A stretch of 64,000 nt of DNA from Nitrospirota bacterium. GTDB lineage: Bacteria > Nitrospirota > UBA9217. Positions 19,391 through 29,387 of this stretch are shown here, one piece after another. A model generated the notes under the pieces. The model worked only from the letters and a program-made list of their open reading frames with translations. It made no database searches and had not been told where the DNA came from. Position 1 is the first letter of the stretch. Every line of letters starts with the position of its first letter. The stretch spans positions 64,001 to 128,000 of the forward strand of contig CAVWHO010000008.1 in NCBI GenBank assembly GCA_963754875.1. The letters run 5' to 3'. Made by a program: the position numbers and the translations under genes.

Positions 19391-20233
19391 ATGACTACTG
19401 AACAAAAACGTAAAATAGAAAGTTTCATCGCGCTGGCACTTTCCGGCCTCGCCGCAGCTGTCGGGATTTTCTGGCTCGTGTATATCCTGACCGACGTCGT
19501 TATTCACGGCATCGGCGCTCTGCAGCCGAGCCTGTTCCTGAACGATCCTGCTCCTGCCGGGGTTGAGGGTGGCGGGCTCAGAAACGCCTTTATCGGGCAG
19601 TTGATGATCACTTTGGCCGCCACCTTGATCGGGGTCCCGATCGGCGTTCTGGGAGGCACCTTCCTCGCCGAGTACGCGCGGGGGAAAAAAATCGCGCGAA
19701 TGATCAGCGTTCTTTCCGATATCATGGTGAGCGTGCCGTCCATCGTCGTGGGAGCGTTCGTGTATGCGATCCTGGTTCGGCCGCTCCATCATTTTTCCGG
19801 GTGGGCCGGCGCATTCGCGCTTTCGATCATCATGATCCCGGTCGTGCTCCGGACCACGGAGGACATGCTGTCGCTCGTGCCCTGGACGCTGCGGGAAGCG
19901 GCCTTTGCGCTCGGCGCGCCGTATTACAAGGTGATCATCCAGGTCGTGTACCGCGGAGCTGCCGCCGGCATCCTGACCGGCATCCTGCTGTCGATCGCCC
20001 GTGTTGCAGGCGAGACAGCGCCGCTGCTCTTTACCTCGTTTAACAACAACTTTTTCTCGGGCAGCATGAACGGTCCGCTGGCATCGCTCACCGTCACCAT
20101 TTTCCAGTACGCCATGGGGCCTTACAAAAGCTGGCATGCCCAGGCATGGGGCGCATCGTTCGTGATCACGCTTTTCATCCTCGCCCTCACGATCGCGGGC
20201 AGAGCGATCATCCGCTGGAGGTACAAACGTTGA
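19391..20233 (+). CDS. pstA: Phosphate ABC transporter permease
   Basis: [39 protein letters not shown]. Confidence 0.95.
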   Translation: MTTEQKRKIESFIALALSGLAAAVGIFWLVYILTDVVIHGIGALQPSLFLNDPAPAGVEGGGLRNAFIGQLMITLAATLIGVPIGVLGGTFLAEYARGKKIARMISVLSDIMVSVPSIVVGAFVYAILVRPLHHFSGWAGAFALSIIMIPVVLRTTEDMLSLVPWTLREAAFALGAPYYKVIIQVVYRGAAAGILTGILLSIARVAGETAPLLFTSFNNNFFSGSMNGPLASLTVTIFQYAMGPYKSWHAQAWGASFVITLFILALTIAGRAIIRWRYKR

Positions 20234-20994
20234 CGGGAACAATCGAACTCGAAGTCAAGGACCTGGACTTCTACTATAACGGAGATATTCACGCCCTCAG
20301 AGCGATATCGCTGCCGATATATAAAAACAACGTCACGGCTCTGATCGGACCGTCGGGTTGCGGAAAGACCACGTTGCTACGGTGTTTCAACCGCATGCAC
20401 GATTTGTATCCGAAGCACCGGTACGGGGGGGAGATCATCTTTCAGGGACAAAACATCCTTGCAGACAATCTCGATCTGATCAATCTCAGAAGCCGCATCG
20501 GCATGGTGTTCCAGAAGCCCACGCCCTTCCCGATGTCCATTGCTGAAAACATCGCCTACGGTCTCAGATTGAAAGGCATCAAGAACAAATCGGAACTGGT
20601 GGACCGCATCGAACAGGCGCTCAAACATGCCGCGCTCTGGGAGGAAGTCCGGGACAAGTTGAATTCCGGCGCCTACGAACTCTCAGGCGGACAGCAGCAG
20701 CGGCTCGTGATCGCCCGCGCCCTGGCCGTGTCACCCGAGGTGCTGCTCTTCGACGAACCCACGTCAGCGCTGGACCCAATTTCAACGGCGAAAATTGAGG
20801 AACTCGTCGTAAACCTGAAAAAGGACGTGTCCATCATCATCGTCACGCACAACATGCAGCAAGCGGCGCGTGTGTCCGATATGACGGGATTTCTGTACAT
20901 GGGTGAGCTGATCGAATACGGCACCACGGAAAAGATCTTCACGAACCCGGACAAGAAGCAGACCGACGATTACATTACAGGAAGGTTCGGGTAA
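20230..20994 (+). CDS. pstB: Phosphate ABC transporter ATP-binding protein
   Basis: [54 protein letters not shown] start overlaps the pstA stop. Confidence 0.97.
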   Translation: MTGTIELEVKDLDFYYNGDIHALRAISLPIYKNNVTALIGPSGCGKTTLLRCFNRMHDLYPKHRYGGEIIFQGQNILADNLDLINLRSRIGMVFQKPTPFPMSIAENIAYGLRLKGIKNKSELVDRIEQALKHAALWEEVRDKLNSGAYELSGGQQQRLVIARALAVSPEVLLFDEPTSALDPISTAKIEELVVNLKKDVSIIIVTHNMQQAARVSDMTGFLYMGELIEYGTTEKIFTNPDKKQTDDYITGRFG

Positions 20995-21002
20995 TGCTGT
21001 GA

Positions 21003-21079
21003 GCATGATGCCTGATGCATGAGGGAGGTCTCTAAAAATTTTCATCCTTCCCTGCATCATGTATCCTGCATCCTCCATC
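21003..21079. repeat. Inverted heptamer tandem element
   Basis: GCATGAT GCCTGAT GCATGAG ... CCTGCAT CATGTAT CCTGCAT CCTCCAT between pstB and phoU. Confidence 0.7.
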
Positions 21080-21100
21080 GAATCTATTAAGGGAGAACAC

Positions 21101-21784
21101 ATGTCCAACCAAAAAGAACAGGAACTCGAAAAACTCAAGGAACGCCTGCTTGCTATGGGAGGGTTCGTCGAAGACGCGATCAGGAAATCCATGAAAGCGC
21201 TCACGGAGCGGGACCGTAAACTGGCGATCGAGGTGATCGACGGCGATGCCATTGTGAACAACTTCGATGTGGAGATCGAAGAAGAGTGCATCAGGTTTCT
21301 CGCCCTGTGGCAGCCCACGGGCAGCAACCTCCGTTTTATCACGACGGCCATCAAGATCATCACCGATCTGGAGCGCATGGGCGATCTGGCCGTGGACATC
21401 TGCGAACGCGCCATTGAACTGGGGGATGAGCCGCCGCTCAAACCCTATATCGACCTGCCGCGCATGGCCGAGGCTGCTCAGAAGATGCTGAAGGACAGCC
21501 TCGATGCTTTCGTGGCCCGGGACGCAGACCTTGCCGTTCGGGTCTGTGCCGCCGACGACTTCGTGGACAACCTGAACCAGCAGATTTTCAACGAATTGCT
21601 TGTGTTCATGCTGCAAGACCCCAAGAACATCTCGCGCGCCGTGCGACTTACCTACATCACGAAGTACCTGGAGCGGATAGCCGACCATGCAACCAACATC
21701 GCCGAAATGGTCGTCTATCTGGTAAAGGGCAAGGTCATCCGCCACATGGCTTGCGAACCGGTTCGCCAGCCGCATGAAAGCTGA
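21101..21784 (+). CDS. phoU: Phosphate signalling protein PhoU
   Basis: DLERMGDLA and YLERIADHATNIAE repeats; GGGAG RBS before ATG 21101. Confidence 0.96.
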   Translation: MSNQKEQELEKLKERLLAMGGFVEDAIRKSMKALTERDRKLAIEVIDGDAIVNNFDVEIEEECIRFLALWQPTGSNLRFITTAIKIITDLERMGDLAVDICERAIELGDEPPLKPYIDLPRMAEAAQKMLKDSLDAFVARDADLAVRVCAADDFVDNLNQQIFNELLVFMLQDPKNISRAVRLTYITKYLERIADHATNIAEMVVYLVKGKVIRHMACEPVRQPHES

Positions 21785-21874
21785 AGGGGCAGGACCTGCC
21801 CGCCCTTCCCGTCCCGGACCTGACCGAGGGGAGTATGCCGTCCCTGCCGATCCCGGTGTGTATTCAGATTCTTT

Positions 21875-21903
21875 TTGACAATCCGTTCGTATTCCTTTAT
21901 ATT
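21875..21903 (+). promoter_or_regulatory. Sigma70 promoter for mtnA
   Basis: TTGACA-17 nt-TATATT; AAGGAG RBS downstream. Confidence 0.7.
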
Positions 21904-21953
21904 TAAATCTCAAGCTCTGTATTTCCGTACCACTACCCCAAAGGAGACCGTGC

Positions 21954-23012
21954 ATGATCCCCACCGTCGAATGGAAAGACGGCATCGTCCGGATGCTGGA
22001 CCAGACAAAACTGCCCCTTGAAACAGTCTATACTGAGTGCAAAGACTATGAAACCGTGGCCAGAGGAATCAAGGAACTATGGGTGCGCGGCGCCCCGGCG
22101 ATCGGTGTGTCGGCCGCCATGGGCCTTGCGCTCGGCGCCCGGCAGATAACAGCGGACTCCTTCGAGGAGTTTTGGCCGAAATTCGAGGAAATCTGCGCCA
22201 CCATGGCGGCAACGCGGCCTACGGCAGTGAACCTGTTCTGGGCCATCGACCGGATTAAAAAACTCGTACAGAAGAACAAAGACAAGGACCTTGACGCTAT
22301 CAGGGACCTGCTCGTCGCTGAATCCCAGAGCATGATCGACGATGACATCGAGACGAACAAAAAGATCGGCGCCTACGGGGCGGGGTTCGTCTCCGACGGC
22401 GATAACATCATTACACACTGTAATGCGGGCTCCATCGCCACGGCCGGTTACGGGACAGCCGAGGGAGTAATGCGCTCGGCGGTCGAAGACGGCAAAAAAA
22501 TCCACGTCTACGTCGACGAGACGCGCCCCGTGCTCCAAGGCGCCCGGCTCACTGCATGGGAGCTCATGCAGGAGAACATCCCCTGCACGCTTATCACCGA
22601 CAACATGGCGGGCTACTTCCTCTACCGCGACATGATCGACCTGGCCATCGTCGGGGCCGACCGCATTGCGCGGAACGGCGATGTGGCAAACAAGATCGGC
22701 ACCTACAGCCTCGCCGTGCTCTGCAAGGAACACGGCATCCCCTTCTACGTGGCCGCGCCGCTGTCGAGTATCGATTTCAGCATCGAATCAGGCGCCGATA
22801 TCCCGATCGAAGAGCGCGATCCCCGCGAAGTGACCCACGTGCTCGGGAAAATCCAAATTGCGCCGGACGGCGTGACCGCCGCCAACCCGGCGTTCGACGT
22901 CACGCCTGCCCGGTATATCACGGCCATCATCACTGAAAAAGGAGCGTTCCTGCCCAAGGACCTCCACAAACTCGCCGACGGAAAGATCGACCCGGAGCGA
23001 TTCAGGCTCTGA
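21954..23012 (+). CDS. mtnA: S-methyl-5-thioribose-1-phosphate isomerase
   Basis: VRGAPAIG, TRPTAVNL, THCNAG, DETRPVLQGARLT, ANKIGTY, NPAFDVTP. Confidence 0.97.
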   Translation: MIPTVEWKDGIVRMLDQTKLPLETVYTECKDYETVARGIKELWVRGAPAIGVSAAMGLALGARQITADSFEEFWPKFEEICATMAATRPTAVNLFWAIDRIKKLVQKNKDKDLDAIRDLLVAESQSMIDDDIETNKKIGAYGAGFVSDGDNIITHCNAGSIATAGYGTAEGVMRSAVEDGKKIHVYVDETRPVLQGARLTAWELMQENIPCTLITDNMAGYFLYRDMIDLAIVGADRIARNGDVANKIGTYSLAVLCKEHGIPFYVAAPLSSIDFSIESGADIPIEERDPREVTHVLGKIQIAPDGVTAANPAFDVTPARYITAIITEKGAFLPKDLHKLADGKIDPERFRL

Positions 23013-23116
23013 GAGCGCCGTCATCGCACCCTGCTCAAGCCGTTCATCGCAACAGCAACGGACACTCCCTGGTGTGCTCTGTGATTCTGTACTCGCGTCG
23101 CGACGCGGAGGGCTGA

Positions 23117-24211
23117 ATGAAGCAGACCGTTCTCCACCGGAAACATGAGCTCGTAAAAGCGAAGATGACGGACTTCGCAGGTTGGCAAATCCCGCTCCAG
23201 TTCTCCGATATACAGGAAGAATATCGTGCTGTGCGCGCCGCTGCCGGCCTTTTCGATATCGGCTATCTGGGCAGGATTGAAGTGCGCGGCACGGGCGCAG
23301 CCGCTCTGCTCCAGAACGTCGTTACCTGGAACCTGAGCAGGGTCGCGGAAGGTTTTGCCCATTACGGCCTTCTCTGCAACGAGGCCGGCTGCATCCTTGA
23401 CGACGTTCTCATCTTCCATCTCCCTTCCGGGAAAACGTCTCCGGACCGTTATCTTCTTTCCACAAACGCCGCCAATACCGATAAAATTCTGCTCTGGCTG
23501 AAACAGCACGCGTCGAAGGCAGTCGAAATTACCGACAGAACGCTCTTCACGGTCCATTTGTCTTTGCAGGGTCCGCGCTCGCTCCCCATCCTCGAAAAAC
23601 TCACGGAGCATCATTTCAAAAAAATGAAGCTCCGGGCAGTCCGGGAATTTCCGTTTGCGGACTCGTCCGTCATCGTGTCCCGGACGGGCTATACCGGCGA
23701 GCACGGATACGAGTTCATCGCCCCGGCAGACCGCGCCGAATCGCTCTGGGACGCGATCATGAACGCGGGCAGTGATGAAGGGATCCTTCCCTGCGGTTTC
23801 GCGAGCAGGGACCTCTTGAGGCTGGAGATGGGGCACCTTTTGTACGGAAACGAGCTTGATGAAACCCGCACTCCCCTCGAGGCCGGGCTCTCGTATTTTG
23901 TCGATTTTGACAAGGATTTTATCGGAAAGGAAGCGCTGCTCAGGTTAAAAGCCGAAGGCGTCAAACAGAAGCTTGCCGGCTTTCACCTTCTGGACAAGGG
24001 GGTACCGAAGAGCGGGGGCAGCATCTTTTCGGAAAACCGCGAGGTCGGCGTGGTCACCAGCGGCTGTCTGTCACCCCATCTTCGCAAAGGCATCGGGCTC
24101 GGCTATATTGTCGCCCGCTATGCACAGCCTGGCCAGGAAATTGAAATCGAGGTCCGCGACCGGGAAATCGCCGCAAAAATTGTAGACCTGCCTTTTTATA
24201 AAAAGAAATAG
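23117..24211 (+). CDS. gcvT: Glycine cleavage aminomethyltransferase T
   Basis: FAGWQIPLQF, AGLFD, LQGP, SRTGYTGEHGYE, RDLLRLEMG, FIGKEAL. Confidence 0.9.
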   Translation: MKQTVLHRKHELVKAKMTDFAGWQIPLQFSDIQEEYRAVRAAAGLFDIGYLGRIEVRGTGAAALLQNVVTWNLSRVAEGFAHYGLLCNEAGCILDDVLIFHLPSGKTSPDRYLLSTNAANTDKILLWLKQHASKAVEITDRTLFTVHLSLQGPRSLPILEKLTEHHFKKMKLRAVREFPFADSSVIVSRTGYTGEHGYEFIAPADRAESLWDAIMNAGSDEGILPCGFASRDLLRLEMGHLLYGNELDETRTPLEAGLSYFVDFDKDFIGKEALLRLKAEGVKQKLAGFHLLDKGVPKSGGSIFSENREVGVVTSGCLSPHLRKGIGLGYIVARYAQPGQEIEIEVRDREIAAKIVDLPFYKKK

Positions 24212-24339
24212 CTGCACTGCCTGCCGATATTCAGATTCCCGTTGCTTGGAACGAGAGAAAGAAAAATTCAGATACAGAAAAAACGGACAAGCTCAATGAA
24301 GCATCATGATTGTTCCCGGCGGCATGACCCGGCCTGTTA

Positions 24340-25518
24340 TCAAACCACGGGAACCGAAGCGAGTTTGCGGGAGCCGGCAGGAGCCACGGCATTCGGCAGC
24401 CAGTTCTGTTCCGGTGCCGGTAAGCGACGGCGGGAAGCCGAGCGCGACTGGTGCTTCTTTCTCAGAACGGCATACTCATGGGGCCGCCCGCCATCAAGCG
24501 GGTCGTAAGCGGCAGCAAAGCGCGGCGTGATGAGCGAGATGCGGCGGAACGGCATTTTCGTGGCAGCACGATAGATCTCTTTTGTGCCGGCCGGCAGCCT
24601 CAGGACGTACTGATTAACATAGGGAGGCGTTGTCCTGGTTTCCAACTCGGGGTTCAAGTCCTTGAGGTCCTCGTAGGTGCATCCGATAAGGGCAGCAACG
24701 TCATCGATGTCAGTACTTTCATCGATCCGCACTTCGTCATAGCTGAATGCTCTTCCATTCTTCACAGTAAAACCGTACCGTTCCGGGTCCCGTGCGATCA
24801 AGACGGCTGCCAAGAGCCTGGGCACGTAGTTCCGCGTTTCCCGACGGAGTATCTGAGACTCGTACAGATCAGGCAGGTCGTTGTCCCGTGAGTGGAAGAG
24901 CGCCCGAGATATTCTTCCCGCACCTGCGTTATACGACGCCAGGGCCAGACGCCACGATCCAAAGTGCCTGTACAGGTCTCGCAAATACGCTGCCGCTGCC
25001 TGCGTTGATTTCACAGGGTCCCGCCTTTCATCGATCCATCCATCCATCTTGAGCCCGTATGCTTTGGCCGTGATTGCCCTGAATTGCCACGGACCCACAG
25101 CCCGGGCACGCGATACGGCGTTCATACGCAGCCCGCTTTCTATCATTGCCACATAAACGAGGTCCTGCGGCAGGTCGTTCTTGCGGAATATTTCCTTCAT
25201 GAGGGGGAGGAACCGTGAGGAATGGTCGAGCCAGTTCTGGAAACTCGGCTTCCCGGTCGTACTGAAATACTCGATTTGAGCGTCCACGCGTTCGTCGGCG
25301 GGAACCGGAGCACCGGAAGACCCGAACAACTGCTCGGCAAAAACAACTGGGTCCCCGATGGGAGAAGGTTCGGAAGGTTTTGCCAGTTCCAAGGGGGCCG
25401 CGACCGGACCGTTCAGCGACCGGTCAAGCTCGCCCGCAGGGGCACTGCTTCCGGCATGAAGCAGCGCCGGTAATAACAGCATTCCCCCTATCAACAGATA
25501 GAAAATCAATTTACTCAT
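24340..25518 (-). CDS. MltD-like lytic transglycosylase
   Basis: Signal peptide; AMIESG, AVGPWQF, DERRDPVKST, ALASYNAG, ETRNYVP, LNPEL; basic low-complexity C-tail instead of further LysM domains. Confidence 0.9.
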   Translation of the reverse strand: MSKLIFYLLIGGMLLLPALLHAGSSAPAGELDRSLNGPVAAPLELAKPSEPSPIGDPVVFAEQLFGSSGAPVPADERVDAQIEYFSTTGKPSFQNWLDHSSRFLPLMKEIFRKNDLPQDLVYVAMIESGLRMNAVSRARAVGPWQFRAITAKAYGLKMDGWIDERRDPVKSTQAAAAYLRDLYRHFGSWRLALASYNAGAGRISRALFHSRDNDLPDLYESQILRRETRNYVPRLLAAVLIARDPERYGFTVKNGRAFSYDEVRIDESTDIDDVAALIGCTYEDLKDLNPELETRTTPPYVNQYVLRLPAGTKEIYRAATKMPFRRISLITPRFAAAYDPLDGGRPHEYAVLRKKHQSRSASRRRLPAPEQNWLPNAVAPAGSRKLASVPVV

Positions 25519-25837
25519 CGTCCTGTCTCCTTTTGAACCGCATCTCTCCAGGTAACAGGGCCGCTCATGCCGGCTCGAAAAAAATTAAATGATGAAGACA
25601 GCCAGCTTGGAATTGTTCAGCTAATAAAATATTTTTTTAATATCATCTCCCGTCGCCTACGGAAATAGGCATATCAACATAAGTCGCAGATTAATTGTAA
25701 TAGTTTAATTAACTCACAAAATCTTATTATGTCAAGGGGACTAAAGTATGACTAATTTTCGACTTGGTTTGTGATACTTGTGGTTCTGTGATGCTATACT
25801 TAAAATAAAGACATTATCGAGGAGGGAGGCGACGGTA

Positions 25838-26089
25838 ATGAAAGCACCCGCAAAGAGAGCGAAAGGTCGCAGGGAACGGGAAACCTTGACCGAGGCATAC
25901 GAGGTGCGTGCATTCAGAGATGATGAGGAAGAGTCGCACCTGATAGAAGCTGAGCTTCCGGAAATCCCGCACGCAGAGCAGGGCTCGCTCCAACTGATCA
26001 AAAATATGATCAGCGGACATGGTGAACAAACCGTGCTGCCAGACGATTGTCAGTTTGGCGATAACGATTTGTGTGCTGTCGAATCATAA
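25838..26089 (+). CDS. Small hypothetical protein
   Basis: GGAGG RBS and extended -10 TGcTATACT upstream; no recognised motif. Confidence 0.5.
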   Translation: MKAPAKRAKGRRERETLTEAYEVRAFRDDEEESHLIEAELPEIPHAEQGSLQLIKNMISGHGEQTVLPDDCQFGDNDLCAVES

Positions 26090-26445
26090 GTAGCGCGAAA
26101 GAAAGCGGAATTGCTCTCGCGCAGATATTCTTCTCATTAAAAAGAGAGGTGTGTGCTTTTTTTCCCACGTCCTTTCCGGCTGAATCCCCCTGGGAAAAGC
26201 CGTCAATGGTCCAGTAGGTCTTCGGCTTTTTCCCTTTGATGAAGAAATGCACCCTCTCTCCTGAAGAAATACGAATCTCCATAATGAGTGAAGAACCTGT
26301 CGTCACTCCCTCACAGAATGCTGAAACCACTCAAGAAGAACACCGAAGCATGTTTATCGATCAAGGACCTTCGCGAAAATCCCGGCTAAAGAAATGCAAC
26401 AAATTGTCGATAAGATTATTAGGCGGGCATCGACGGGAGGTCAAT

Positions 26446-26646
26446 ATGTTAAAAGTATGCGGAAAATTCCAGGTAATAAAAACCGGAGAATGGAAGCAAA
26501 GAATCGAAATATTCCATGAGGGGCATATCCTGGGCTTCGTAGACCGTGAAAAAACGGTGCAAGCCGAAGTCGTCAGGACCAAAAATATTTTCGGCGAAAT
26601 CATGGAAGGTGAGTGCATTGACTGGTTATTGCATCGGACGGGATGA
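26446..26646 (+). CDS. Small hypothetical protein (66 aa)
   Basis: GGAGGT RBS before ATG; MLKVCGKFQVIKTGEWKQRIEIFHEG... looks like a compact beta-rich protein. Confidence 0.55.
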   Translation: MLKVCGKFQVIKTGEWKQRIEIFHEGHILGFVDREKTVQAEVVRTKNIFGEIMEGECIDWLLHRTG

Positions 26647-27106
26647 ATGATCCCGCTCTGATTCGCGGGACTGCGCTTTGCGAAAGGACAACCGTGACCG
26701 ATGGCTGTCAACATCATCGCATCAAGGCCGTCAGGCAATCATGGCCGATAAAGCCGTAATCATTCCTGTAACTACAACCCGCGCTCCTAACGATGGCCCT
26801 GAACTGCGACAAATTTCATCCACATAAAATCTCCTTAAATGATCTGGCCTTGTTCTTGCTGCAAGCATATTCCTTCTGAAACTTCCACAAGCTGGCAAAA
26901 TACTCGGGGCTCGACGGGCTCTCGACGAACGAAGAAAATAAACTTTTTTTATTTCATGCAGCTGCCCTGCTTCTCAGTTGTTCCTGAACATGTCGAGATA
27001 CGAACGGAGATTTTTTTGTAACAAGCCACGAGATTCTTGATGAGATAAGTCGTTCATGCTATACTGGGCTACATTATCGTGACGGCAATTGCAAGGAGTT
27101 ACTTCA

Positions 27107-29317
27107 ATGGATGATCATAAAGTAACAGGCCCATCCAAGGGATATCAGAAACAGGTCAAAAAAACGGATAAAGACGCTCGGCCGAAGCCGAAGGCAAATG
27201 TCAAGGTAGACTATTCCTCGCCGACGGCAAAGAAATGGCCGCTCCTCCTGGAAGCCCTTCAGAAGGGGGATCTCGAAGCGGTAAAAACGCTGATTGAAGA
27301 GGGTGTCAATGTGAATCTGATCCGCGACGGGGTCACGCCGTTGATGATTGCGTCGTCAGCAGGCCGCACAGAGATCGCAGAGGCGATTTTGCAAGCAGGC
27401 GTAAACGTAAATGAAAAATCCGACGACGGCTGGACAGCGTTGCATAAGGCGGCATTCGATCAGAAAGGACCTGCCATTGTTGATCTCCTGATGCAATCAG
27501 GGATCGATGTCGAGGCAAAAAACAAGTCAGGCAAGACTGCTCTGAACCTTGCTGGAGAAAAAGGACATCGTGAAATTGTCCGTGCAATAAAAAAACACCA
27601 GGCGCAGCTCGGCATTGACGCTCAAGAATGGGAAGATTTCCTGAACTCTTCGGAAGGGAAACCCTATAAACGACAAAAACTGTACGAAACGCTGACATTG
27701 TATTCCAAGCTCTTGTGGTTGCCCCCCCTTGTACTGGGAGGGGCCGGTCTTTTTTTGGGTTATCTACTCGGTGTCGTCATACTGTCGGCTTTCATCGGTA
27801 TCATCGTTGGGCTGCTTGTGGATTTTGCCTATTATTATCTCGATACGTCTACTCGGAAATATCTTGACAATATCGGACCATTACCGGAACTGGATATCCA
27901 TACGCTTCGGATGAAAAGGATGGCAGGAGAGCCAATACTGGGCGGGAAAAAAGAAGGGCCCGTTTCAGACGAAGAACTGGCCGCCAGCCGGTCCGATGAT
28001 ACTGTCACGGCGTCTGATGGAGTCCTTTCTTCGATAGAAGAAGAACCCGGCAGTGCGACGGATCTCGAAAGCAGTGATGCGGAAACACCCGCGTTTGAAG
28101 TCAGGGGAAATCGAGCATTAGTCACGGTCATCATAGCAGTTCTCGTCATTTTGATTCTCTCCGGCGTGGCATTTATCAATAGAGAGCCCCTTTCCAAAGT
28201 GTATTTTACCAAAATGCTAGAGCACCAGGGCATCCCGTTTACGGAACAGGCTTTCCTGGGTGAAGTAGCGAAGAATAACGAACAGACCGTTGATTTATTC
28301 GCCAAAGCCGGAATCAATAAAGATGCAGCTAATGAAAAAGGGCAAACCGCCCTCATTGTTGCCTCCGAAAAAGGCCTTACAACCATTCTTGAGAAACTTA
28401 TCAAAATTCAGGGGACCACGCTGAATCAGTTCGATAAGAGCGGGAATACTGCATTGATGACGGCCGTACGTCGCGGCCGCGAGCAGGCCGTGAAAATTCT
28501 CGTTGAAAACCGCGCAGACATTAATTTTATGGTTAAGTCCGATGACGGCGCCGCTACGGCACTCCAAGCGGCAGTGGATGCACCGGACTTCAAGGAAGAA
28601 CATCTGAGAATACTGCAATATCTCATTGAAAAGGGAGCGAATGTAAACGGCAGAAATACGAGAGGACAATCCCCCCTCTTGTTCGCGACAGATCATGGGA
28701 GAACGGAAGCAGCCAAAGGGCTGATAGAACACGGCGCTGATGTGAATGATACCGACCAGAAAGGTAATTTCCCCCTGCTGATTGCTGCGTGCAAGGGTTA
28801 TCCCTTTTTGGTCACGCTGCTTGTTGAAAAAGGCGCAAATACCGGCATGGCATTACCCGATGGAGATACTCCGCTCATGTGTGCAGCCCGGGAAGGCAGC
28901 GCAGATACCGTCAACGTGCTTCTCGAGAAGGGCGTAAACGTCAATGCAAAGAACAGCAGTGGCTCCACCGCTTTGACTGAAGCAACTGATACAGGCAATG
29001 TAGATATTGCAAAATTGCTTCTCATGCGAGGGGCCGACCCCGGTACCGGCTCTCTTCCCGTTTCGTTTGTCGCCTTACCAGGGAGAGCAATCGCCATCAC
29101 CGCAAAAAAGAAAAAAATAGCCGACATACTGGAGCGGATCGCTAAAACGGCCTCTCAAGACGGCTATGCGATCAAGGCTGAGTCCATGACGGACCGAAAA
29201 TCAACAATCACGGCAAAGGCTTCATGGAACAGGGTCCTGATTGATTTTGCGAAAAAAAATCGTCTCCTCTTAGTCGTAAAGAATAAAGAAATCTTCGTAT
29301 TCCCCTACGGGAAATGA
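27107..29317 (+). CDS. Membrane-spanning ankyrin-repeat protein
   Basis: Two ankyrin blocks (GVTPLMIA, GWTALHKA, GKTAL; GQTALIVA, GNTALMTA, GQSPLLFA, GDTPLMCA, GSTALTEA) separated by three hydrophobic segments; AAGGAG RBS. Confidence 0.9.
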   Translation: MDDHKVTGPSKGYQKQVKKTDKDARPKPKANVKVDYSSPTAKKWPLLLEALQKGDLEAVKTLIEEGVNVNLIRDGVTPLMIASSAGRTEIAEAILQAGVNVNEKSDDGWTALHKAAFDQKGPAIVDLLMQSGIDVEAKNKSGKTALNLAGEKGHREIVRAIKKHQAQLGIDAQEWEDFLNSSEGKPYKRQKLYETLTLYSKLLWLPPLVLGGAGLFLGYLLGVVILSAFIGIIVGLLVDFAYYYLDTSTRKYLDNIGPLPELDIHTLRMKRMAGEPILGGKKEGPVSDEELAASRSDDTVTASDGVLSSIEEEPGSATDLESSDAETPAFEVRGNRALVTVIIAVLVILILSGVAFINREPLSKVYFTKMLEHQGIPFTEQAFLGEVAKNNEQTVDLFAKAGINKDAANEKGQTALIVASEKGLTTILEKLIKIQGTTLNQFDKSGNTALMTAVRRGREQAVKILVENRADINFMVKSDDGAATALQAAVDAPDFKEEHLRILQYLIEKGANVNGRNTRGQSPLLFATDHGRTEAAKGLIEHGADVNDTDQKGNFPLLIAACKGYPFLVTLLVEKGANTGMALPDGDTPLMCAAREGSADTVNVLLEKGVNVNAKNSSGSTALTEATDTGNVDIAKLLLMRGADPGTGSLPVSFVALPGRAIAITAKKKKIADILERIAKTASQDGYAIKAESMTDRKSTITAKASWNRVLIDFAKKNRLLLVVKNKEIFVFPYGK

Positions 29318-29387
29318 GAAAACCGTATTTTCAGGCACTGTGATTGAGACCGCATCTGAATGCTTTTGAGACCCGACGGAGGACGGC

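Noticed and set aside
21785..21810. AGGGGCAGGACCTGCCCGCCCTT as a GTAG-family REP
   Set aside because: Single degenerate copy; equally explained as a terminator-like hairpin after phoU.
25519..25740. Possible c-di-GMP or c-di-AMP riboswitch upstream of the lytic transglycosylase
   Set aside because: Conserved aptamer motifs were not found by eye.
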